From: Mytilus edulis
Taxonomy: Eukaryota
Assembly: GCF_963676685.1 (NCBI RefSeq)
Contig: NC_092348.1
Location: forward strand, 39,618,001 to 39,682,000
Length of the DNA: 64,000 bases
Direction of reading: 5' to 3'
In this document: positions 48,772 through 61,261 of the stretch, in pieces
Layout: each line of letters opens with the position of its first letter
Position numbering within the stretch: the first letter of the stretch is position 1
Program-made: the position numbers and the translations under genes
Notes under the pieces: generated by a model
The model's input: only the letters and a program-made list of their open reading frames with translations
The model's database searches: none
What the model was told of the DNA's origin: nothing

Positions 48772-51437
48772 TTAAATATTTACAAATCTACAGCATTTTT
48801 GTAAACAATCGTTGCATACCCAGGATTCTTGAGTGAGATCAGTAGTTATACTGATACACTTCCAGTGGTACCAGAGATCACAACAGTCACAGTGTACACT
48901 ATTGTCCTCATTTTTTACAATTTCTTCTGGCTCACAACAAACATTTTCACATTTAGGACAAAAGCATAAATCTCTATTGCCCAACAAAACAGGAACGATG
49001 TAGCTTCTGAAGAAAATGCATAGCTGTTCTTGTAATTTGAGCCATAAAGTGGAGTTGAATTCAATTTTTTCACAAAATGACCCTTTAGGTGACCATACAA
49101 AAAAATATGCCACTTTGCAACCAGTAACTGCCATTTGGGTTTGCACTTGAGTGTAATGAGTGTGTGATTGTTTTAAACGCAATTTTCCCTCATCCATTTC
49201 AAGGTAGTCCAACTTTTTCCAACCTTCTGTACTTATAGAAATATCTGAAACTGAAATTGGACATTTGATTTCCAATGTAGCTTTACTGCTACAGCAGGTA
49301 CATGTAACTATAGCATCAGGACTAGCAGCAATATAAGGTCTGTCTGCCTTAACAAATAACCCACACTGATCGACTTTCAAATTCCTGTGATTTTGTGATT
49401 CCAAAATGGAAAATAAATTTCGCGCAGTGACTTCATTGTTCTTTCCGTATTTTATTGATTCTAAATGTCCAATTGATTTATATTTTCCACATACTTTCGC
49501 AACCAGTGGTGAAGTTTTAACATTTTTCTTTTTGACAATTTCTGACATTTTATACCCAACCTCATGTATAATCGATGCTGTGATTCGACCTTTTCTCTGT
49601 TCCATCCACTGTGCATTACTGCTTTGACCTCTGGTTGTAATTTCGATCAAAGCAGCTTCGTCAGATGACAATGACAAACTTTCCACAAAATCGACATCAT
49701 TAATATTACTTGTAATAAATTTCTCAGCAGAACTGATAATTGTATCAGGATACTTCATTTTTTTGGTTAAAGATGGAAATCCTGTAAATAGAACTGATTT
49801 TGGCCTCACGCTATATAGAGAAGCATACAGGTTCTCTACTTCTGCATCAGTAGACACCATATGGTCTTCTCTTCTAGGATCAAATTTCATTTTAAAATTT
49901 GCATTTACATCTTTATCTTCCTGTGCAGTAGCTCCTGTAACAAATAAGTATTTATAGAATAGAACCAAAAAAAATCAATCAGATTTTATACATTATTTTT
50001 TCTGACAGCTGTATTCAAAGTAACTATACATGTATATCATGTACATGTATGTGTAGATGTGTGTTAAAATATTAGTTAGGCAGCAAATAAAACTTGAGGT
50101 CATGTATTCTAAGACCTTAGATCACAAAATATTACTATAATTGCAAAATACTTTGAAAAATATAAAGCTTACAATCAATGAATTATTTTATTCTGTATAA
50201 CACTTTACATGTTTAACATATATTTAGATACTTGTATGTGTATAGCTTTTCAGTTACTTTTCATGTACCAGTATACATGTACTACACTATTGTTATTGTT
50301 TTTGTTATTATTGTCCTCTTATGGTACATTTTCCTTCTATGAACCCCTTATGAAACACCTTTAGGAGTAGAACTACATAGGTGTAGTTATATGAATTTGA
50401 AATTGTTTTAGAGTTATCTTTCTTTTGATGTGTTGTAAATATATAGAAATGTATTATTCAAAAGTTGCATGTATATACCTATTTGCTTAGCACAGAATTT
50501 TATTATACTGTCATTAATGAATTACAATGTACAATGAATTGTAATTTATATATGTACTTTTACAGTTTGGATTTATCTTTTGATTCTGTTGTTAATGTTA
50601 AAAAAGTACTGTTAATATAAGATTATGATATATATATTGTATATATATCAGTCAAATATATATGGCTTGAACAATTACAAATGCCCATTATGTACCTGAA
50701 ACTTTAGACCGATTATCACATCGTAAGCTCAATTCTGACAGACGGCATGGTTTCACATCCTTCTTTGTCGAGGAATTCCATCCACAGGGTTGCGATGTAC
50801 AAGCTAGGTTGTTGTATCCCATGGTGGTTGCATACTCCAGTTTGTATAAAACAGCTATAACATGGTTACAGGTTTGGGCCATCCCAGCTATACAGCTACA
50901 CCAACATGATTTTATTTCATTTGCTTTTATAGAAATCCATACCTCATGGGGTTCATTCCTCACAGACTGTGATGGTGTAACTCTTGATTTTATGACAGTG
51001 TTATCACGAACAGTTGTAGATTTTATAACATCTACAAAACCAGATTCATAATAGGAATAAGCTTTCTGTGTTTTATACTTTCCTACAAAGTCTAAATCTT
51101 GTTCCTTGTTCTTCAAAATGAATGAGAAAATCATGCCTAAATCTATGGTAGGCCACAGCTTAACATCATCAGACCAAACTGAATCCAAAAATGATCTAGG
51201 ATCATCTATATCTGCATTCTTCAAACGACTGGTGTACTCCTCTTTTATTCTGGCTGCTTGTTGTTGTTCAGAATACCTTAGGGGAACAGCAGATTCCCAA
51301 GCTACAAAGCATCTGGATACTAACTGTTCCTTTATTCCCTGACAAGAAAGACCTCTAGCTGATAAGTAGTCCTTGAGTTGTCCCAATGTATATGCAGCAA
51401 ATTCTTGGTAGACATTTGTTGAATTGTCAGAATCCAT
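48772..51437 (-). CDS. Spliced SAP - SWIM - YqaJ/lambda-exonuclease - PHD protein (634 aa; exons 51437-50696 and 49934-48772)
   Basis: SAP-like LGQLKDYLSARGLSCQGIKEQLVSR; SWIM CSCIAGMAQTCNH; YqaJ TRGQSSNAQW..RKGRITAS..YG..E..ASPDA..LEIKCP..QVQTQM; PHD CPKC..CDCCDLWYHWKC..WVCNDC. The phase-1 GT-AG intron joins the exons in frame. Confidence 0.9.
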
Positions 51438-52723
51438 TTTTACAGCATCTGTAAAAAGACCATTGATAAGGTTATGGTGGTATCAATTTGCTTAATGATA
51501 GAACAAAGTTTCAATATGAAATTTTTTTAACAAAGGCTGGAAATAAACAAATGTCATCAAAATATGAGGTTAGATACATGTACATTTAAAATCAGCTTTA
51601 ATCCTGATATTTCCTTCAAAAATTATTAAAATTTGTACCATTTCATAGTTATGAAATTGAAAACCATAGGCTATTAACAATGTGCATATATATATTAATG
51701 TCTTCTATGACACAAAATCAAGTTAGTGTGAAGTTTTGTATCTATTGAAATGTTTAAATCGGGTGCATTTTTTTTTTACACCTGTCCTATATCAGGAAGT
51801 TGATATTCAGTGGTTTATAAGTGTGTCTTGTTATTTTTATATAGATTGAACTCTTGGTTTTCCTGTTTGTATAGTTTAACAATAGTCATTATTGGACCCC
51901 TTGATGCTTTCTGTTCAGATTGAGCCAATGCTCCCTTTTGAAGACCACTATTTGACCTTAAATGGTTTACTTTTACAAATTGTGACTTGAGATAAATGGA
52001 GAGTTGTCTCAAAGGCACTTTGACACATCTTCTTATATTTGATCACAACAAAAATAAACACTCATTAAGCAAAGGAAAAGTGTTTTATTGCTATTTGTCA
52101 TCCTATTAGGTCTTCAAAAGCTACATATACATGTAGTAAAAAAAAACTCTCCCAACTGATCATTTGACATTTCACTCAGTGGGGATCATTATTGAAGATT
52201 CTATATGACAGGCCACTCTCTAATTAATTGTATAGTTTGTTTTGATCTGTTTTAACATTTACATCATAATATGTTGTATAGTAATCACTTAATATTGAGT
52301 TAGCAGTAGTTTAGTTGATCAATGTTGACAAAAAATGTGACACGCCCCTTTTTTCTATCGGGCATTTTATCTACATTAATGATTAGTATAATCAATACAC
52401 AATTGAAAACAAAGTGAAATTCAACAACTTAATACTCTTTTACCTTCATAAAAGTTGAATCTTGTTTAACACAATAGTATTACATCTGTTTTGAAGCCTC
52501 TCTGTTGATATATGTTAAAATTGCCGCCATGAAAAAATCCGGAAGTAAACAATCGCTGTTTGCCCCCTATCCAAGATGGCGTCGATAACCGTGTAGTCCC
52601 GTATTGGAAGGCTTAACTCAATCAAAAAACGTAAATTAACACTATGAACGAATAACGTCCCATATATTATATATCAACAGGCTTTTCGGATGATTTTTTT
52701 TATCGCCTGGTTGTTCTTGCACC

Positions 52724-53127
52724 GTTGCATTTTCATGTTACATTACCGAAGCCAGTGCAAATACACAAAGTGCCTCTATGACAGATGGGGCCATCATTAA
52801 ATTCGACAAATCAGAGGCAAATATGAGAGTGAAGGATTTGGTGTTTACGGGTTCACATGGACCTTTTGCGTTGATTCGCGAACTATGGATGGCGGTCCAT
52901 TGTACTACGGAGAATACGGCACAAAATTAATGAGTGGTAATTCCGTCATTGGAGTATTGCATACAGATACTAAAACGACAAAGGATGACGCTTGCTCAAC
53001 AGGTTTTGTCATCAAATACGTATCTGAAGGCACGGAAGTTTACGTCAAGAATAATTACCAGGGTAAAATATTGAGCAAGGAGAATCATACCAGAACAACA
53101 TTTTCCGGCTGGAATTTGAATCAATAA
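52724..53127 (+). pseudogene. C1q-domain-containing (C1qDC) pseudogene exon
   Basis: VAFSCY..GAIIKFDKSEAN, then a frameshift to GVYGFTWT..GTEVYVK..TTFSGW. The GxFTAP strand is missing. AATAAA at 53288. Confidence 0.78.
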
Positions 53128-53323
53128 TATTTGAATTTGATGGTCTAATCAACATCCTCGATATTTTGTAAAGATATAGCGAGTTTAGACTGACTTGTTT
53201 TCTTCCATATTACACGTCTGGCATTTCTGATGAGCATTTTACTTTTTGCATATTCCTTATATAATGCCTTTTTTCATTTGTTGCAAAAATAAAGTTCTGT
53301 ACTTCAAGATTTGTTGTTTAAAT

Positions 53324-53610
53324 TAGGGTGCGACCATTAAACTTCAAGGGGGCGTTATGGGTTTTTTTTTTGTCGGAGTCAAATCGTGATCTTTTTATTT
53401 AGTTTTTCAACGCTTATCAAACGATTTATATTTCTTCAATATTTAACACATGTAACACTAGAAAGTATGGAGAAATCTGGATCTCAGAATTTATTTTGGT
53501 CATCTGCTTATCCAGAATATTTGTTTTCATCTAATAGAGGATCATAAGAAAAAAGCATAACCCCTACCCTAAACCCCACCCCGTTTTTAAAAGAAAATGG
53601 TCGTTCTCGT
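53324..53610. mobile_element. Short MITE (Harbinger-like ends)
   Basis: agggtgcgaccatt..ggggcgttatg versus cataacccc..aatggtcgttct inverted ends. Confidence 0.45.
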
Positions 53611-55090
53611 TTAAAACCAAAACGCAATTATTCGAAGGTCAGTTCTTAAAGCAATAAGTTTTATATCTCCGTGAACTATTATACGAAAAAATCAGGATTG
53701 AAAGATGTTGCAACTCTACTTTTCATGCGATTACTTCTTGGGATATTCAAGTAAGTCCAGTAGCTGGTACAAAATGGAAAACAACACGTTTAATAATTTA
53801 TTGCGTCCGAAGGGCTTTTCTGGAAGTGGTAAATTTCATGACGTTGATTCTGGCAAAAGCGAATTGGTCAAATAGGTATAGTAGACACGACTATTGTACC
53901 TTTAAAAAAAGTGCGACTATTTCTTGTAATTACAAATAAAGAAAACAACTAATTCGAGGTTAATATTACAGTCTTCATTTGATTTGTCATACACTTGTAA
54001 GCGAAATTTTTAACATTGTCATTAAGCGGACGGTTTGTTTAGCCGTGCAACCAGGTTCAACCCAGCATTTTTTTCTTAAGCAGTCTTGTACCAAGTAAGA
54101 AAGGTGTTATCAAGTGGTGCGTTTCTATACATGTTGCTTTGGCGTTTGTTTTTGTTGCACTTTAGTGTTTCTGTTGTTCCGTTGTTTTCCTCTTGTAGTC
54201 GATGTTTTTTCTTAGTTATGGTTTGTTACCCTGATTTTGTTTTCTCTCTATTTCCCTTATTTATGAAAATGAACATTCTACACTAGCATTAAATTCAACG
54301 TTCCTATTCGGACTAGCTGTAACTGCGTATTTATACATCCAGCACAGTCAAAGTGGCAATCACTTTTGTCAAGGGCTTAAATACAAGACTCTACAAGTGT
54401 GAGGAATCATTCAATTAATGTACACCGTCGGCAGCTATTTTTGTGTTCATCATGAATACCAGGCATATAAATGTGTTTGATATATTAGGTAACACGTCAA
54501 TAGATATCAAATTACCAGGCATATAATTTGATACACCAGACGCGCGTTAATATTCACGACACAACCGTAATCCTTTACACTATGATAACCTTGTAATCCC
54601 ATACCCTCACCAACCTCAATTTATTTCCGTATTATTTATGAATCATAAGCATACCCTACCCCTAGATAGTTGAGATGATTGGCAGTAGCAAAACATCAGT
54701 CGTCATTCCGCTTTTTCAGATTAAAAGTTTCTTTCTATATGTCCAGTGACAAATATTTCATTCATATTTAGGACGGATTTGTATTTGATCCATTAATCAT
54801 GAAATATCATACAGACAATGAACAAAAATCTAATACAGACTGGACTCACAATGAATACATGCAGAAGCATTTTAAAATGACAACTGACATAACTATTGTA
54901 TATACCATAATGATATCAATTAAAAATGGCGGAAGTGAGCACATGCGATAAGAAGAGCTCCTGAAAAATTTATTATTTTGGTCTGATGCAAACAAAAGAT
55001 AGATATGATACATGGCTATTGACTAAATATAGTCACTAAATGACTAGGGAAAGTATAATTTTGAACTAAACGAATATTTTATAAGAGAAA

Positions 55091-57173
55091 ATGGCTGAAA
55101 ATGGAAAGATACAATCCAAGGGAGGTAATCAAAAATGTATGTACATTGAAATGTAACAAGACATCAATTCTAGTTTGAAGGAGGGCTTTTGCCATCAGAT
55201 ACTTTTTTAAATTAGGAGAAAACGCTAACTATCTAGTGAAGTGGAATGACTTTGATGAGAAAGCGAATAATTTAACAATTAATGACGAGAGTAAGATTTT
55301 TGACTGGAAACTACCCCATCCCAAGTTGAATAAAACTACAGTAACAGTGTCATTCAGCAACAAAAAACTGTTTGTTATAACATTATATTACACAACTAAC
55401 ACGATTCTGGTACAGGGACAAAAAACGGGAGAATGGGAAAAGTACGAGAAAATATCCATAGCCGAAAGTGTAGCACAGTTTGTAGACAATCGTGCAAAGG
55501 GTCTTTTGGACATATGGACTCGAAATTTAGAAACATCCCATTTAATGACACATGGTTGACAGATAGCGAGGAAAACACTGGTACTTCAGTGGTACATGTA
55601 GAGGAGGAAAAAGTAGAAAATAACGAAAAAGAAACTTCCGAGAATGAGAAAGGTATACAAAGAGACGAGTCGACAGCTGATTCAAAATCAAAACAAAAGA
55701 ATGACGTAGAAAAATGTAAACACGACGGAAAAGAAACAAACAAGTCTGAAAAAGATGATTTGACGGGTCTTCAAAACAAAATAAGAGAACAAACTGAAGA
55801 TATTGACAACATAAAGACAGTGTTGCACAGAATTGAACAAAACCAGGTAGATCAAAATTTGAAAATTTCGTTTCTGAAAGAGATTTGTGTAGAAATAAAA
55901 GAAAATGTTACAAAAATGTCAGAGAAAGGAAGTACACACGGTGAGTTAGATGAAATAATAAAAACTGACCAAGCAAAGACAAAAAAGAAAGTAGAAGAAA
56001 ACAAAGGTGAGATAAGGCAAATAAACATTGAAATGTTAGACTCATTTGTGAATGAAATAACATCAACAGTAACAAGAATAGCAGATAAGGCTAATGAAAG
56101 CTTAAGGAATGTAGAAACAAGATGACAAAATTACATGACATCACAATAGAAACAATAAAGGAAGAGATTTCAAAAACACAAAAACAAGACAGGGAAGAGA
56201 TGGAACAAAAAGACATAGAGCTTGAAATGGAAGAAAAAACAAGAGAAAAGAGAATGAGAAAAAACAGCAATGATAACAACTCAAGCTTAGATACAAGTAA
56301 TAAGACACAAGAAATACAGGCAAAAACAACTAATAGAGAACATCAACAGGATAAGGAACAAGATCTCTGGATTATAGGATCTTCCATTATCAAGGATATC
56401 AACAGTCGCAGAATGTATAGGAACCGAGCAGTGAAGATAACAACATTTACGGAGCGACACAATTTTTGAAGTCGGGTAAAGTGAAAACAAAAAATGTTAT
56501 GTTCCAAATTGGTTCAAATGATTTAGACACAAAAGAAGCAGAAGAAGTACTATTAGAAATAGAGAAATTGGTAGATGAAACTAAGAAAATATTACCGAAA
56601 TCAACAATTGTGATAGGCGAATTGCTTCCAAGATATTATAAAGATCACAGATTATCACTAAAATATGAAAAAAGAGAGCTGTTTATAACAGTATTGTTAA
56701 AGAATTTTGTAATGAGAAATCTATTGAATTTGTTACATATGCTAATTTAAAGTTTATTGATTTCTATGATGGGGTACATGCTAGTGAGACTGGTGTTAAA
56801 ATTATGGTATCAAACATGAAAAAGGTTCTTAACACCTTATTAGGTATAAAAAATTGAAGGTGACATTTCAGAGAATGACAATCATAGGGGTAAATATTAT
56901 AGTAACCATGGCAATGGAAATAGAAATTTTAATAACAGGTTTATAGATAGGAGACAATATAAAGATAAAACTCAAGATGTAAGATATCAAAGATATCCAT
57001 ACAATGATGACACACAGCTGTCATGGCAGGGTAATCATTATAGTTACAACAATGTGACGTCACAAAACGTGAATAACAATTATAGATACAACAATCACAC
57101 AACACAAACTAACAGCAGGGATAACATGTTATCACTTATAGAATGTATGTTAAAAGAAATGAAAAACACATAG
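55091..57173 (+). pseudogene. LINE ORF1 with coiled coil and SGNH-esterase domain (frameshifted)
   Basis: ITLYYTTNTILVQG, a long E/K coiled coil, and SGNH-like blocks IIGSSII, FQIGSNDL and DFYDGVH spread over several frames. Confidence 0.8.
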
Positions 57174-57961
57174 TTCTTTGTTTTGAACTACATGTAATTG
57201 AAAAAGCTAAATGATATTCTAAACAATTGATATATATAGCAAAAACAGGTGTTTATTGTTGTTATATTTTTTATTTTTGTTTTTGTTTTTGTTCAGTATA
57301 GTTTTTAATTGGGTGGATTTCAATATTACCCTCTATAAAAAAATCTTTGAAATCAGGGATGTAAAATTTTGCATCAATGTTGAAAAGATATGTTTAATCT
57401 AATTGTTTTAAAGAATAAATACAGTTCAATATAGTTAATAATTTTTTAATTTTATCAGCTTAATGAAAAATATCTTGTATGATATATATGAGAAATAAGA
57501 ATTGGTCATTTTCTGATTCATAACAAAAATAAAATTAGCTTTAAAAGTTATTAGAAACAACCATATAAGATACACACTTGTGTATCAATTATTTTTGTTC
57601 TTTAATAAGAGACTTAACAGATATTTATTTATTCAAACATTTCTATTATCTGTAAAAGAAATTAATATAAGATTTGATTATATTGTATGGAAGTGAAAGG
57701 CTTGGAAAAACAAAAATTACAAAGAGTAAGTCTAGAGTTATCTTTCTTTGTATGCAATACATTTGTATCTTGCATTGCAATGTGAGTATAAATGTATATA
57801 TATATATATAATTTAAAAGTTTACAAGTGTAATTAACTTGAATTTTAAGTACTTGTATGGTTTATTATAAGAATATTGAAAAATTTACAATATTATAGTT
57901 TTTATCTCAAGATGAAGTTAGCTCAGACCAAAATAATGGAGTTTTTATATATATAAATTTT

Positions 57962-58690
57962 ATGGTATCTAGGAAAGAACAGCTTTCTATTTCATCATGG
58001 AATGTTCATGGCCTTGGGGACAAGATAGATGATCCATTCTTTTTAAATAATATTAAAAGTGATACTAATATTTTATTAGAAACCTGGAAAGGAGAATGTG
58101 AGGAATTCAAAGTAAAGGGATTTAACTTAATTTCAAAATGTCGTAAAAAGAAAAAAGGGTCGAGACGATATAGTGGGGGTATAATAATTTACATTAGAAA
58201 AGAATATATGAAGGGAATTAGTTATTTAAAGGATGCTTCACTATCAGAAAATAGACTTTGGTTGAAGGTGGATAAATATTTTTTCGGTTTATCAGACGAC
58301 ATTTATATATGTGCTTCTTATATTCCTCCAGTTTCATCTACACATTTTGAAAATGAAATTTATTATGCTTGACCATGAGTTAAGCACTCTATCTAGTAGA
58401 GGTAAGATATTGGTTATAGGAGATTTAAACTCCAGAACAGGAGAATTACCAGATTATATCAAAAATGATTCTTTACAGATAAATAATTTTGATGGTTCAG
58501 ATTTACTACCACCAGACTATGCCATTGATATAGAAAACAAGAGAATTAACCAAGATAAAGTTTTAAATACACATGGTAAAAATCTTTTGGGTCTCTGCTT
58601 GTCCTCGGGGCTACGTATAGTAAACGGAAGGTTATTAGGAGACTCATTAGGTTATTATACTTATATGTCTAAAAATGGTTTTAGCATTTA
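57962..58690 (+). pseudogene. LINE ORF2 apurinic endonuclease domain (RT absent; CR1/L2-group-like)
   Basis: SWNVHGL, LLETW, SGGIIIY, YIPP, IGDLNSRTG, NGR..G.YTY. One frameshift; truncated at ~58690. Confidence 0.88.
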
Positions 58691-59107
58691 AATCCTCCAC
58701 GAAAATTTCTGCTTTTACAGTATATATATATATACACAATCATTCATTTACAGTAAATATTCCAGTCAAAAATAATAAACAATATAACTATATTTCACAC
58801 CCCACGAAAATTAATGTTTCTACAGTATGTGAAATATAGTTATATTGTTTATTATTTTGTATGTCACAAACTTAATGTTTAAAGTTTACATGGCAATAAA
58901 TATTTGAAATTTGAATAATATAATCATTGAAATGGTCATATTTATAAATTTCCTGTCTACAAAACTTTTGAATTTTTGGAAATACTAAGGCTTTTTTACC
59001 TCAGGAAAAGACAACCTTAGCTGTAGTTGGTAAAACTTTTAGGAATTATGGTCCTCAATGCTCTTCAACTTCATACTTTATTTGGCCTTTTTAACTTTTT
59101 TGGATTC

Positions 59108-59153
59108 GAGCGTCACTGATAAGTCTTTTGTAGACGAAACGCGCATCTGGCGT
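59108..59153 (+). ncRNA. Hammerhead copy, core mutated (CUGAUAA)
   Basis: gagcgtcactgataagtcttttgtagacgaaacgcgcatctggcgt. Confidence 0.65.
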
Positions 59154-59318
59154 AAATACAAAATCTAATCCTGGTATCTATGATGAGTTAATTTAAGCAA
59201 GAATGAAAAAAAAGAGTACACTTTCTATTTCTAATTTCCATCATATACTACAATCTTATTTTTGTGGTTTTAAAAGGTCACAGAGAACGATGTCTGCTTC
59301 CTTCACTTGATAACTAAT

Positions 59319-59520
59319 CTCCGTCAATGTCATACAGCAAATATATTTCTTATTGTGTTCTCCGTCAATGTCATACAGCAAATATATTTCTTATTGTGTT
59401 CTCCGTCAATGTCATACAGCAAATATATTTCTTATTGTGTTCTCCGTCAATGTCATACAGCAAATATATTTCTTATTGTGTTTTCCGTCAATGTCATACA
59501 GCAAATATATTTCTTAATGT
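59319..59520. repeat. 41-bp minisatellite x5
   Basis: ctccgtcaatgtcatacagcaaatatatttcttattgtgtt at 59319, 59360, 59401, 59442 and 59483. Confidence 0.95.
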
Positions 59521-59668
59521 GGCAATCACAAGAACTTTTATTATCCAAAGTAATGTTCAAGGGGGAACAAGTATTATGCCAAACAAATATATGCAACATT
59601 TAGGAATTTTTGGTCCTCAATGCTCTTCAACTTCGTACATTATTTGGCATTTTTAACATTTTGGATTC

Positions 59669-59713
59669 GAGCGTCACTGATTAGCCTTTGAAGACGAAAC
59701 GCGCGTTTGGCGT
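59669..59713 (+). ncRNA. Hammerhead copy, core mutated (CUGAUUA)
   Basis: gagcgtcactgattagcctttgaagacgaaacgcgcgtttggcgt. Confidence 0.6.
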
Positions 59714-60200
59714 AAATATAAAATTTAAATCCTGATATCTGTGATCAGTTTATTATTCACAACAACCAAACATTATTTACAACAGCATCCAAAATAATAG
59801 CACTATTCAATTGTTTGATAATCAAAAACACGATTACGGTACTGCGGTTACGTACGTTGACGTTGATTTGTTCTTTTAACGTTAAAATGTTTTATTTTTC
59901 TTTAAGAAAACAGGTAGAAGTAAAAGTAAAACGTTCATTCTAAGAAAACATTTTTCTTCATATTTTGATTATTTTGGTACGGTTTTCCTGTGCTTCTAAA
60001 TTCATCAAACGATTCTTTATTGGAGTTCAAATACTATAAAATAAGACATCACGTGACTCTGTTGACGTTGGAGAACGGCCATTTTGTGTTATATAGCCCC
60101 ATATAAAATCAATAGGTGTTTTAATTAAGTTCAGTTTTGTCATAGATCTGACCCGTTTTCTTTTGCAACCTAGATCCTTGATATTCGAACAGATAGATAA

Positions 60201-60609
60201 CAAAGGTACCATGATTATAATTTAGTACGCCAGACGCGCATTTCGTCTACATAAGACTCATCAGTGACGCTCATATCAAAATATTATAAAGCCAAACAAG
60301 TACAAAGTTGAAGAGCATTCAGAATCCAAAATTCCAAAAAGTTTTGCCAAATACGGCTAAGGTTATCTATGCCTGGGATAAAAAAAAATCCTTAGTTTTT
60401 CGAAAAATTTAAAGTTTTGTAAACAGGTAATTTATAAAAATTACCACATTATTGATATTCATGTCAATACAAAAGTGTTGACTACTGGGCTGGTGATACC
60501 CTCGGGACAAAACGTTCACCAGCAGTGGCATCGACCAAGTGATGTAAATAGTTAGCAAAGGTACCAGGATTATAATTTAGTACGCCAAACGCGCGTTTCG
60601 TCTACATAA
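60201..60609 (-). repeat. Retrozyme-like 355-nt monomer with terminal redundancy; hammerhead at 60227-60272
   Basis: caaaggtacca.gattataatttagtacgcca.acgcgc.tttcgtctacataa recurs at 60201 and 60556. The minus strand carries CUGAUGA..GAAA..GUC. Confidence 0.85.
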
Positions 60610-61261
60610 AATTATACCAAACAATGCTGGCTCTGATAGTTTAATCATTGATATATTTTGTCCCTGGACATTCGAAAAAATTCGCACGTGTTCACTTCAT
60701 TTTCTTGTTGACTCAATGTTAAATCTAGCGACCCCACATTAGCTTGAAATTCAAATTCTCACATTCCGTAAATAAAAGTAAAAGTTTTTAACTCGATTGA
60801 TTATATTATAAATGATAAAAGGCAAAGTATTCTACTTACAGTCTAAAGGAAGGTTAGTGTTGCCCCACATCGATTAAAAAAGTTATTTGATTTCAAAATA
60901 TATTGAGAAAAAGTTTTTTTTTAGTGTGAAATGACAAAATAGCAGGAACATATATTTTGACAGATAAACTTTTCCCAGAAATCAGTTTACATGAAATTTA
61001 TAATAGAATGGTTTTTCCCTATTTTTTTTTTTTTTTTTTCTCTTTTTCTGTATAATTAATTTTGTTTTGAAAAATATGTAAAATTCTTTTTACAGAAAAA
61101 AAAAATGTTGCCCAACAATATATAAATGCTTAACGAATAGGTGAATTTGGATTAAGATGATAATGTTACATAACAACAAATTGCCAGACAATGCAAAGGA
61201 ATAGGAATGTGTCTTACAAAAAGCCACCAGGTGACATTAACATCCTGTGTAAACATGTATA

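Larger units (their letters stand above)
46201..52602 (+). mobile_element. Full-length ISL2EU (PIF/Harbinger-related) DNA transposon, 6.4 kb
   Basis: Imperfect TIRs: left AGACGACTTCACGGTTAATGACGCCATCTTGGATAGGGGGCAAAC vs right (rc) ACGGGACTACACGGTTATCGACGCCATCTTGGATAGGGGGCAAAC. Flanks caAT|..|ATtg give an AT TSD. Convergent THAP-DDE and YqaJ genes lie inside. Confidence 0.92.

Noticed and set aside
48772-49968. Endogenous virus or phage-derived alkaline exonuclease
   Set aside because: It lies within ISL2EU TIRs, is spliced and is paired with a THAP-DDE transposase, the expected arrangement for this transposon group.
59319-59520. CRISPR-like array or repeat-protein ORFs (59307-59656)
   Set aside because: Units are contiguous with no unique spacers and there are no cas genes. 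The ORFs are by-products of a 41-bp minisatellite.
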